A DNA stretch of 15,140 nucleotides from a virus, in IMG/VR virus record IMGVR_UViG_3300034107_000243. One strand, 5' to 3'. Numbering within the stretch: position 1 is the first letter of the stretch; every line of letters starts with the position of its first letter. Positions 1 through 7,042 of this stretch are shown here, one piece after another. Position numbers and translations under genes: made by a program. The notes below the pieces were generated by a model. It made no database searches. It saw only the letters and a list, made by a program, of their open reading frames with translations, and was not told the DNA's origin.

Positions 1-127
1 TGCTGGTGCCTGTAGTGAATGGCGAACGCTGTCGCGCCACCGTGGCCGTTAGCGGCGCACAGTGTGCAGCGCCACGAATACGTCGCTGGTTCTAGCATGG
101 GTACGCCTTCACATATTGGACCCACAC
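1..127. repeat. Left copy of the exact 127-bp terminal overlap (circular closure signature)
   Basis: Base-for-base identical to 15014-15140. Carries the 3' end of the SLT-like gene and the 5' end of the 74-aa Cys/His gene (duplicate partial copy at 1-98). Confidence 0.95.
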
Positions 128-493
128 TCGGTAGGTCGCCCTCGAGGAGTAGCGGGCCGAATGATGTCCGCGACCTGTGATGTCCCACGGATACCAGGTG
201 CGACCGCCTTGGCTGATCTTGTACGCGATCGCAGCGTTATAGGCCGGATCGAGCAGGCGGATCGGGTCCCACCATGTCGCCCGGGACCATGCTGCCCGAT
301 TCCACTGAAACAGGCCGTAGTCGGACGTCGGGCTGATTGCTCGGGCGTGGCCCTTACTTTCGCGCATGACGATCCCGTACGCATAGCGCAGTGCCCGACC
401 TCGGAACCCTGCCGAGTGCAGGACGTTGACGACCGGGTCAGTGCAGGTCGGCGCCAAGTGAACGACCGCAGCTAGTGCTGCCTCGGCGATCAT
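92..493 (-). CDS. Lytic transglycosylase / lysozyme-like protein (GH23 SLT-domain-like), 133 aa
   Basis: The string MRESKGHARAISPTSDYGLFQWN...AYNAAIAYKI fits the SLT signature E-S-x(n)-S-x(n)-GLxQ followed by AYNAG-like. The ATG overlaps the upstream stop as ATGA (490-493). G/C predominates at third codon positions. Confidence 0.7.
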   Translation of the reverse strand: MIAEAALAAVVHLAPTCTDPVVNVLHSAGFRGRALRYAYGIVMRESKGHARAISPTSDYGLFQWNRAAWSRATWWDPIRLLDPAYNAAIAYKISQGGRTWYPWDITGRGHHSARYSSRATYRVWVQYVKAYPC

Positions 494-708
494 GCGGCAT
501 CACCACCCACCGGCTCGAGAACTGTGACAGTGCTTGAGACCCGCGTCCGCCGGTACTCCTGAACTGCACCGGCGTCGAGGCGCCTGAATCCTCCGGGGGT
601 CCGGTAGGACGGCAACTGGCCCTCGTCGGCCATGCGCTGCACGGTGGACTGGCTGAGGTCGAGGACCTCGGCGGCCTGCCGTGTGCTGTAGGTGTTGTTG
701 TCGGTCAT
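490..708 (-). CDS. Helix-turn-helix DNA-binding protein, excisionase/MerR-like (HTH_17-type), 72 aa
   Basis: YSTRQAAEVLDLSQSTVQRMADEGQLPSYRTPGGFRRLD is the typical Xis-family HTH pattern. A strong SD (GAGAGGAAGAA) lies directly upstream of the ATG at 708. Confidence 0.75.
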   Translation of the reverse strand: MTDNNTYSTRQAAEVLDLSQSTVQRMADEGQLPSYRTPGGFRRLDAGAVQEYRRTRVSSTVTVLEPVGGDAA

Positions 709-726
709 TTCTTCCTCTCAATAAGG

Positions 727-750
727 AAAGGGCCCCCGATTGGGGGCCCT
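727..750 (-). terminator. Intrinsic terminator hairpin for minus-strand transcripts
   Basis: Perfect 10-bp GC-rich stem AAGGGCCCCC / GGGGGCCCTT with a 4-nt loop. On the minus strand it is followed by the T-rich TTTCCTTATT. It sits 5 nt after the stop of the 60-aa gene. Confidence 0.7.
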
Positions 751-755
751 TCCGG

Positions 756-938
756 TTAGTAGATTCTGCGGACCTCGACCCAAATGCACCCGTCGACGCC
801 GGACTTGAGGAACTCGGCGCCGGCCTCGTCGGCCTCGGCGTAGGTCTCGAAACCGATTGCCGACTTGTCCGGGTAGGAGAGGACGTCCATGCGGACGTGG
901 CCTCGCTTGGTAAGCCGCTTGTAGAAGATGAAGAACAT
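756..938 (-). CDS. Hypothetical protein, 60 aa
   Basis: Strong G/C bias at third codon positions. The SD GGAAAGGGGAAAC lies upstream of the ATG at 938. The gene is bracketed by a hairpin (953-981) and a terminator (727-750). Confidence 0.6.
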   Translation of the reverse strand: MFFIFYKRLTKRGHVRMDVLSYPDKSAIGFETYAEADEAGAEFLKSGVDGCIWVEVRRIY

Positions 939-952
939 TGCGTTTCCCCTTT

Positions 953-981
953 CCTAGGCCGGTCCTTGTGACCGACCTAGG
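953..981 (-). other. 12-bp stem / 5-nt loop hairpin between the lysis cassette and the 60-aa gene (attenuator, processing site or U-tract-less terminator)
   Basis: The arms are cctaggccggtc (953-964) and gaccgacctagg (970-981). The single mismatch is a C:A on the plus strand but a G:U wobble in the minus-strand RNA. No U tract follows. Confidence 0.4.
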
Positions 982-996
982 ACCTACCTTACCAAA

Positions 997-1221
997 CTAC
1001 CCAACCTTGTCAACCTTGTCAGTCGTGTCGGGGGCGCCGAGCCCGTATTGCTTTGTCAGCGGTGTGAGCCATGCGAGGGCGACGGTCGTGAAGGCGCCGA
1101 GCAGGCTGGCCGGCAGCGGTTCGAGATGCGTGGGCAATTCGGTGCTTGCCCAGGCGATGAGGGCGCCGATGAGGAGAAGCATGAGATGACGGGCCTCGGG
1201 GCTGAGCTTGTCGAGCATCAT
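997..1221 (-). CDS. Small membrane protein with two predicted hydrophobic helices, holin-like, 74 aa
   Basis: Hydrophobic segments LMLLLIGALIAWA and LLGAFTTVALAWL. Located in the lysis cassette. ATGA overlap with the upstream gene (1218-1221). Confidence 0.6.
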   Translation of the reverse strand: MMLDKLSPEARHLMLLLIGALIAWASTELPTHLEPLPASLLGAFTTVALAWLTPLTKQYGLGAPDTTDKVDKVG

Positions 1222-1421
1222 GTGCCTTCCATGTGGTGACGCAGATGTTCGTCTTGGTTGCGCTCGAGCCGGTCTAGGCGGCTCTCGATCCGTACAAGCA
1301 GGTCGTACTGTGATTTACCACCGTTCGGGCGCTGAGCCCTCGTCTGGCCCCGGATGACGAGGGCCACTAGGCCGATCACTGCAACGAGCAGGCCGATGAC
1401 GGTGGTGAACATCTCGGTCAT
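1218..1421 (-). CDS. Small membrane protein with an N-terminal TM helix and charged C-terminus, holin-like, 67 aa
   Basis: FTTVIGLLVAVIGLVALVI is followed by a highly charged tail. ATGA overlap with the endolysin stop (1418-1421). Confidence 0.6.
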   Translation of the reverse strand: MTEMFTTVIGLLVAVIGLVALVIRGQTRAQRPNGGKSQYDLLVRIESRLDRLERNQDEHLRHHMEGT

Positions 1422-1903
1422 GGCTTGGGCTTGGCTGCTTTCTTGGCCGGTGCTTTCTTGGCTGGTGCCTTGTCGACCGGCTTGGCCTGCGGCATGTCAA
1501 GGATCGGCAGGGGGAAGGGGCGCCCGTCGTGCTTGGCAGGCTCGGCGAAACTGACGTGAATGTGGTGCGCGTGTCCGAGGCTCGGTGCGCTGCGCCAGAC
1601 CCACCGCTGGTTCGAGTAGGTGCCGGACGCTACCCGGCCCTCATACACGATGTTCTTGATGCGCTTGTCGCCGCTTGTGCGCATGTAGTCGACGAGCTGG
1701 TCGGCGAACTGGTGGGCGGGCCAGCCGTCCTCGTCGAGGTCGAGTGCCATGACGTAGCCGGTCTTGTCCGGGTTGTGGTCGGAGATGCGGCGCCGGTGTG
1801 CCTGGTCGCCGATCGTGCCGTCACTGGACCGGTCGCGTTTCGGGTATCGCTTGTTGACCTGGTCTCTGAGTGTGACCGCTGCCGCGGCTAGTTTCCAACT
1901 CAT
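1418..1903 (-). CDS. Endolysin candidate: LAS/M15-like zinc peptidase with a Lys/Ala/Pro-rich C-terminal tail, 161 aa
   Basis: SDGTIGDQAHRRRISDHNP (H..D metal-ligand motif) and GHAHHIHVSF (HxH motif) are typical of LAS-type cell-wall peptidases. The tail is AKPVDKAPAKKAPAKKAAKPKP. The gene lies directly upstream of two small membrane proteins. Confidence 0.65.
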   Translation of the reverse strand: MSWKLAAAAVTLRDQVNKRYPKRDRSSDGTIGDQAHRRRISDHNPDKTGYVMALDLDEDGWPAHQFADQLVDYMRTSGDKRIKNIVYEGRVASGTYSNQRWVWRSAPSLGHAHHIHVSFAEPAKHDGRPFPLPILDMPQAKPVDKAPAKKAPAKKAAKPKP

Positions 1904-2190
1904 GGCGCCACCTCGGGTTCCGGTGTCGGCTCAGGTTCCGAAGGTGGCGCAAATACGGTGCCGTCCCACGAATATTTGACACCCGCGTAACACCCACGCG
2001 GGTAGGGAGTCGGCTGGTCCACCGGGTAGTGAGTGCGCACATAGTCGAGCGGGTCGCCGCCCCACAGGTTCGCGAGGAACGCTTGCCCCAGCGCTTCGAC
2101 CTGCTGACCGTCGGGGTCGGTGATAACGGACGTGACAAGGGTGTGCACGTCGACAACGAGGCCGTCCTGAACTTTTGCGAAATGCGCCAT
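1900..2190 (-). CDS. Hypothetical protein, 96 aa (MAHFAKVQDGLVV...), acidic Pro-rich C-terminus
   Basis: An internal ATG at 2190 starts 2 nt after the fibre gene stop. The longer ORF-track N-terminus (to 2259) would overlap the fibre gene and is Arg-rich. ATGA overlap with the endolysin start. Confidence 0.6.
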   Translation of the reverse strand: MAHFAKVQDGLVVDVHTLVTSVITDPDGQQVEALGQAFLANLWGGDPLDYVRTHYPVDQPTPYPRGCYAGVKYSWDGTVFAPPSEPEPTPEPEVAP

Positions 2191-2192
2191 TT

Positions 2193-3320
2193 TTAACCTA
2201 CTCTCACTATGACCACGCCAGAGCCTCCGGCAAATGCGCTTGTACTGCCTCCAGCGCAACCTGACCCGCCGTTACCGGTGTTTGCTGACCCGACGGTGGT
2301 GCCTTGCGCCGCGCCTGCCGCATAGGTGACGCTCGATCCAGTGATGCTGTTTGCCAATCCTGCACCACCGGCGCCACCTAGGACGCCAGCGCCACCAGCG
2401 CCACCGCCTCCGCCCCCGGGAGAATCGTCAGCCGTGTTTGACCCACCTCCCGGGTTCCCTTGGGCGAGCGCAGTGGCTGACGCTGCGCCACCGGCGCCAC
2501 CAGCGCAGCCACCGCCACCGGAACCACCTCCGCCGCCAGCGACTCCAGCGCCGCTGCCACCGAACCCACCGCCGATGGCGGTGACTGATGCAATACCAGA
2601 CAGGACACCGGGGCTGCCGTTGGTCGCGAACCCTCCTGTGCCTCCAGCGCCGCCCGCGCCGACCTTTACGGTGTGGGTAGCAGCGCTTAACCAAAAGGAT
2701 GCAATAGGCACCAACCCACCGGCGCCTCCCGAACCGCCTCCACGCGTACCTGACCCGGCGCCCGTGCCACCACCACCACCACCAGCGACGACCAGCAAGG
2801 TGACTAGGCCAGCGGTGCCTACGACGATGGTGCCGTCGCCGGTGTACTTGTACACGGTCGCGGCGCCATCCGTGGTGATCGTCGGTGACCCGGTAGTGCT
2901 GCTCACCACTGCTGCAGCACTACCACCGGAAAAAGGTATGAACGTCCAAGTGTTCGTGCCGGTCTTCGTGAGCACGGCGCCCTTGTACTGGGCAAGGGTA
3001 AGCGGTGTTCCGTTGATCGTGACCCCTACGGCCCCGGCGACGGTCACGAGTCCGGCGCCCTGATTGAGCAGGCGCAGCTGCGTCCCGGCGGGCCATGGCA
3101 CCGTCGCCTCGAGGGGCAGGGTGACGGCGACGGGGGACGCGTTCGACAGGGTGACCAATTTCGTAAAATCGGCCGCAGCCAATGTGTAAGTGGTGCCGGT
3201 CTGCGCGTTCTGCACGAGCGCTAGGTCAGCCTTGAATCCGTCGATGTACTGCGCTATTTCGAGCGACTTGGCCGGGTAGGCGCTTACTAGGTCGCTGCTG
3301 ATGACGTACGGGGTTGCCAT
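2193..3320 (-). CDS. Glycine-rich minor tail protein / tail fibre (receptor-binding candidate), 375 aa
   Basis: N-terminal globular part, then long GGxGG-type glycine-rich tracts ending in GGSGVVIVRVG, as in actinophage glycine-rich fibre domains. SD GAGAGGA upstream of the ATG at 3320. Follows the Dit-like gene. Confidence 0.7.
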   Translation of the reverse strand: MATPYVISSDLVSAYPAKSLEIAQYIDGFKADLALVQNAQTGTTYTLAAADFTKLVTLSNASPVAVTLPLEATVPWPAGTQLRLLNQGAGLVTVAGAVGVTINGTPLTLAQYKGAVLTKTGTNTWTFIPFSGGSAAAVVSSTTGSPTITTDGAATVYKYTGDGTIVVGTAGLVTLLVVAGGGGGGTGAGSGTRGGGSGGAGGLVPIASFWLSAATHTVKVGAGGAGGTGGFATNGSPGVLSGIASVTAIGGGFGGSGAGVAGGGGGSGGGGCAGGAGGAASATALAQGNPGGGSNTADDSPGGGGGGAGGAGVLGGAGGAGLANSITGSSVTYAAGAAQGTTVGSANTGNGGSGCAGGSTSAFAGGSGVVIVRVG

Positions 3321-3336
3321 GCTCTTATCCTCTCAC

Positions 3337-4590
3337 TTAGGCGACCAGGTCGGCCGGTATGACGACGTTGTACCAACGCACGGACAGATCGACCCCGGAC
3401 CACAGCAGCGCCGGGTCGACCTCGTTCCACCTGACGACCTGGTAGCTGAATCTTGGATCGGACAGCGACAGGAACAGGCGGTGCTGTCCCGGTGTGTATG
3501 TCTCCGACCATCCCTCGACGATGCCGATGTAGTCCTCAATCGGTGACGGCTGCGGCGTGTTGTCCAAGTCGATCTTGCTGCCTGAAATGACCTGCAGCAG
3601 CTGCGACCGGACAGGGTCGGTTATTTCCTCCATCAGCACCTCGAGCGACTGCATGGCATATCGCGGCTCGGACTGGGTACGGATGATGTCCGAGGCGCGT
3701 GCCTGCGCGTCCGTCGCGTAGTGCAGTTGCGTGGACAGTGTGAATGCGCGCCGCCCGTGGGTCAGGATCGATGCCGGGTCGCTGTCCGTCTCGGTCTGGT
3801 TCTGCGCCGTCTTGTAGACGACGGTGACGTCGTTCAGGATGGTCTGGGACGTGTTCCGCCACACCGGTGACCAGGTCACTGCATTGGCGGGCAGTTCGAT
3901 GGTGGCGGGGGCAGTGTCGACCCGGTCGTACACGTCCGCCCATATCGTGTTGATGTCCGCCCAAGTGTCGAGGACGTCGATGTCGAGCCATGTCGCCGGG
4001 TTGTAGCCAAACCCACGCCGGCTGTACGACTCCCACAGGATCGCGCCGTCGGGCAGGTCGCACAGGGTGCCGCCCGTCTCCGTGCCGAGGGCCGTGAGCA
4101 GGTCAAGGGCGGAGTATCCGCCGTCCAGTGCGTCGAGCGGCTCCTGTGTCATGAGGGGGTCGGAGTTGTTGGCGTAGGTAAGGCCCGCATCGGTGAGGAT
4201 GTTCTCAACCCGGTCGTTGAGCAATTCCCTCGGGTATCCGCCTGCGCCGACGAATGCCAGCCCAAGGCGCGAGAGGTTGCCGATCATCGTGACGTCTAGG
4301 CGGGCGACGTAGCTAAGTGCGGGCACTCCGACGCTCGGCCCGTTGGGGTTGAAGTCGTGGGTCAGGCTGGTGTCGGTTACCCGGCCGGTGAAACGCGCCT
4401 CGCCGTAGGCCTCGATTTCGACCACGTCGGATATGGCGACCGGTATCGATGTAAACCCGAACAGCGTCATCGACGCGTCTGAGGGTGCCGGGGATGCTGT
4501 GATGTCGTTGCGGCCGTGGGACACGCTCACCCGGTACTCGACCCCGTCAAGGTCGAGTGCCGTGCCGTTCACGTAAATAGTCGGATTCAT
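3337..4590 (-). CDS. Minor tail protein, distal-tail-protein-like (siphovirus tail family), 417 aa
   Basis: Immediately downstream of the tape measure with an ATGA overlap (4587-4590). The N-terminus MNPTIYVNGTALDLDGVEYRVSVSHGRND resembles Dit-type tail proteins. Confidence 0.6.
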   Translation of the reverse strand: MNPTIYVNGTALDLDGVEYRVSVSHGRNDITASPAPSDASMTLFGFTSIPVAISDVVEIEAYGEARFTGRVTDTSLTHDFNPNGPSVGVPALSYVARLDVTMIGNLSRLGLAFVGAGGYPRELLNDRVENILTDAGLTYANNSDPLMTQEPLDALDGGYSALDLLTALGTETGGTLCDLPDGAILWESYSRRGFGYNPATWLDIDVLDTWADINTIWADVYDRVDTAPATIELPANAVTWSPVWRNTSQTILNDVTVVYKTAQNQTETDSDPASILTHGRRAFTLSTQLHYATDAQARASDIIRTQSEPRYAMQSLEVLMEEITDPVRSQLLQVISGSKIDLDNTPQPSPIEDYIGIVEGWSETYTPGQHRLFLSLSDPRFSYQVVRWNEVDPALLWSGVDLSVRWYNVVIPADLVA

Positions 4591-6584
4591 CCCAGCACCG
4601 GAGTCGGTACTGGCACGCCCATGCTGTAACCGGCGCGTGCGTTGCTGTTGCCGATGAGCCGCTGAAGTGCCTGGGCGATCTGCTGCTCGGACACCGTGAC
4701 CTGCTGCGCTGCGATCTCGGCGGCCCGCTCGGCTGCGGCTGCTGTCTTGGCTGCGTTCGCTGCCCGGACGGCGTCGGCAACCGCCTCGGCGATCTCGGCC
4801 TTGATGTTCACCCCGATGCCCTTGCCAACGTTCTTGCCGATCGCCTTCAACCGTGCCTGTTCCTTGGTCAATTGCTCGATGGTGCCGTCGACGAAGTCCT
4901 CAGCGGAGTCGATGCCAGCCGTGAGGAACTCGGGGACCATGGCCTGAGCGGTCGTGTTGGCTACGGCGACGACATCGACCAGGCGATCGCTGAATGTCTG
5001 CACAAGGCCCTTGTCGAGCATCTCCTGAGCAAGGGCCCCGCCCGCTGCCGGGCCGAGGGATGCCAATTGGTCAATCAGCATCTGGTCCGCGCCCTGCGCC
5101 TTGATCGACGAAAGGACGTTGCCGAACCATTCAGCCTCGGCTATCTGCCGGTCAAACGCGTCGAGCGTCGTGATGCCGAGGTCGGTGCCCGTCTGCTGCG
5201 CCGCGCCGAGGTCAATTCCGCCCAGCAACTGTGACGCGAGCGTCGTCGAGTAGTCCCGAGCGGCCTGCGTCGCGGCCTCAAGGTCGGTGACCTGGCTGTC
5301 AAGCGTGCCTTGTAGTTTCTCGACGACGCCGCGTTGCAGGTCGAACGCTGTCGTCAGTAGGCCGGTCTCCTTGTTGAGGGCGTTTGTCGAGCCGGTGGTC
5401 GCCTCGACTTTCCTGCCGTAGTCGACGAGTACTCCGCCATACGCAGCCGTTGCCTTGCCAGCCTGAATGGCTGACCCGACGGTGCCGGACAGCACCTTGC
5501 TGAGTTCGCCAGCAGTCAGGGCGGCCGAGCCGAACTCGCCCCCGCCGATATCGATAAAGTCGTTGCCTTGTGCGTCATCGAGTGCGATGAACCCGGCGAC
5601 GATGTCGTAGACGTCCTCCAGGAACCGTCCGACCCCGGGGATACCGCCAATCGCGCCCTTGAACTGGTCGGTGGCCTCGAACGTGTTGCGAAGGTGCTTA
5701 ATCAAGCCGTCCCATGAGGGCTCGTCAGCCATTGCGATAGCACCGTCGACCACGTTCGCCGACTCGGACGCAAACTTGGCAAGCCCAACGGCAGCCTTGG
5801 ACGCCGTTACCCCGAGGTCCCTCATGGCGGGCTCGAGGTCCTTCATGGCGTCCATGAGGTCATTGGTGCCCTGCGTCGTGTTGTCGAGGCTGCTAAGGAA
5901 CCCGGCGCCGAATGACTCCTGCAGTTCGCCGAACCCAACGGCCAGCCGGTTCAGTTGCCCCTGATAGGTGTCTGCGGCGGTCTGGGCCTGCCCTGAGAAC
6001 GTGCGCGACAGTTGCTCGGTGATAAGCCGCATGTCTCCGGTCGCAAGCGTTGCCTTGTCGAGTCCCGCACCGAGCCTGCCTAGGCCAGTCGTGTTGCCGT
6101 CGTACGCCTTGCCAAGTGCCTGCACTATGGAGTCGAGGGACTTGCCGGTTCCGGCGGATACGTCCATTGCCAGTTTCAGCGCGTCGGTTGCGCCTGCCGT
6201 ATTGCCGATCGAGCGGACGAGCCGGTCGAACGCGGGCCGTAGTGCGTCGTCAGCCACTCCCGTCTGGCGCTGCATTGCGTCGATCATTGCCTCGACCGGC
6301 GCCGTCTCGTGCGCGAGCCCGAGGTTGTCGAGCGTCGTTGCCAGTTTTGCGGCTGCGGCCTCATCCTCGACGAATGCCTTGACGCCCTCGACCCCAAAGG
6401 CGACCGCTGCGACCCCGGCAGCTGCGGCCGCGCCGATCAATGCCGGGCCCAGCATCCTCGTCAGGTTGTTGCTGAGGCCGTCGACCCCGCGCCCGAATCG
6501 GCCTAGGTCGTTCTCGGCGTCGCGTAGCTGCGGGCTGAATCGCTTGAGGTCGGCCGCCAGATAGACGGTCAGCGTGCGGCTCAT
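4587..6584 (-). CDS. Tail tape measure protein, 665 aa
   Basis: Largest gene. Ala/Gly/Leu-rich helical sequence with a hydrophobic segment ALIGAAAAAGVAAVAFGV and a TP901-type core-like region (ALKLAMDVSAGTGKSLDSIVQALGKAY). Position is downstream of the tail chaperones. Confidence 0.85.
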   Translation of the reverse strand: MSRTLTVYLAADLKRFSPQLRDAENDLGRFGRGVDGLSNNLTRMLGPALIGAAAAAGVAAVAFGVEGVKAFVEDEAAAAKLATTLDNLGLAHETAPVEAMIDAMQRQTGVADDALRPAFDRLVRSIGNTAGATDALKLAMDVSAGTGKSLDSIVQALGKAYDGNTTGLGRLGAGLDKATLATGDMRLITEQLSRTFSGQAQTAADTYQGQLNRLAVGFGELQESFGAGFLSSLDNTTQGTNDLMDAMKDLEPAMRDLGVTASKAAVGLAKFASESANVVDGAIAMADEPSWDGLIKHLRNTFEATDQFKGAIGGIPGVGRFLEDVYDIVAGFIALDDAQGNDFIDIGGGEFGSAALTAGELSKVLSGTVGSAIQAGKATAAYGGVLVDYGRKVEATTGSTNALNKETGLLTTAFDLQRGVVEKLQGTLDSQVTDLEAATQAARDYSTTLASQLLGGIDLGAAQQTGTDLGITTLDAFDRQIAEAEWFGNVLSSIKAQGADQMLIDQLASLGPAAGGALAQEMLDKGLVQTFSDRLVDVVAVANTTAQAMVPEFLTAGIDSAEDFVDGTIEQLTKEQARLKAIGKNVGKGIGVNIKAEIAEAVADAVRAANAAKTAAAAERAAEIAAQQVTVSEQQIAQALQRLIGNSNARAGYSMGVPVPTPVLG

Positions 6585-7042
6585 AGTGTCGACCTATTCC
6601 ACTTCGTGACGATGAGGTCGACGGCCTGTCCCCACTCGTTGATCGCTTGTGCCTGGTATGGCCTTCGCTTGCTCATCCAGCTGGTCCCGTTGCCGAACGG
6701 CGCCCACTTTAACCCGGGCCAAGGTTCGCGCGTTTCCTCTTTGGTGCCCATGAAGGCCGGATAGCGGACCATGTTGGTCGAGGCGCCGCCACGGTATGCG
6801 CGCCGGTCCTTGCCAACGTTCAACGCGGGCAGGCGATCCGAGCGGGCACGGATCGAGTCGGCCAACTTGGGTCCCCAGTTGCCGGCCGTGAGCGCCGCCG
6901 CCTTCCATGACGGGACCATGTGCCGGTTTGCGATGTCGACGGACGCCTTCCGCAGTTCCTTCGTGGCCTCTTTGGGCAGTGCCCGAAAGTCCTTGAGGAG
7001 CGCGCCAAGCCCGTCAATCCGCAACTCGACCTGCTTAGCCAC
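6581..7042 (-). CDS. HK97 gp10-family-like head-tail/tail completion protein, 153 aa (GTG start)
   Basis: VELRIDGLGALLKDFRALPKEATKELRKASVDIANRHMVPSWKAAA matches the gp10-family N-terminal pattern. The GTG at 7042 is preceded by SD GAGGAG; the ORF-track TTG start at 7060 lacks one. ATGA overlap with the tape measure. Confidence 0.5.
   Translation of the reverse strand: MAKQVELRIDGLGALLKDFRALPKEATKELRKASVDIANRHMVPSWKAAALTAGNWGPKLADSIRARSDRLPALNVGKDRRAYRGGASTNMVRYPAFMGTKEETREPWPGLKWAPFGNGTSWMSKRRPYQAQAINEWGQAVDLIVTKWNRSTL

Noticed and set aside
1-127. A 127-bp direct terminal repeat as the biological end of the virion DNA
   Set aside because: The repeat boundaries fall in the middle of coding sequence (the SLT-like gene's 3' end and the next gene's 5' end). 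No sequence feature marks the ends. The length equals a commonly used maximum assembler k-mer. It is more likely an assembly overlap of a circular or circularly permuted molecule, though it cannot be excluded without reads.
1003-1020. Tandem 9-bp duplication aaccttgtc x2, encoding DKV-DKV at the C-terminus of the 74-aa membrane protein
   Set aside because: It has only two copies, is in frame at a protein tail, and has no structural or regulatory context. Noted as a trivial slippage duplication.
2131-2149. GTGACAAGGGTGTGCAC, resembling the 13010-type dyad
   Set aside because: The second half-site is disrupted (TGTGCAC versus TGTCAC). It is a single occurrence inside a coding region, so it is most likely chance similarity.
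2326-3063. 245-aa proline-rich plus-strand ORF (PAPPAPP repeats)
   Set aside because: It is the exact antisense of the glycine-rich fibre gene, because GGN codons read as NCC on the other strand. It has no SD or upstream context and lies in an otherwise strictly minus-strand genome. I treat it as a compositional artefact.
3536-4063. 175-aa minus-strand ORF, plus similar alternative-frame minus ORFs at 7371-7778, 8863-9342, 10653-11210 and 11274-11804
   Set aside because: All are Arg/Pro/Ser-rich out-of-frame overlaps nested inside longer genes that have recognisable structural or terminase motifs. This is typical off-frame noise in GC-rich DNA.
5968-6564. 198-aa and other plus-strand ORFs within 4696-6564
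   Set aside because: They are antisense to the tape measure gene and are Ser/Ala/Pro/Arg-rich with no start context. High-GC artefacts.
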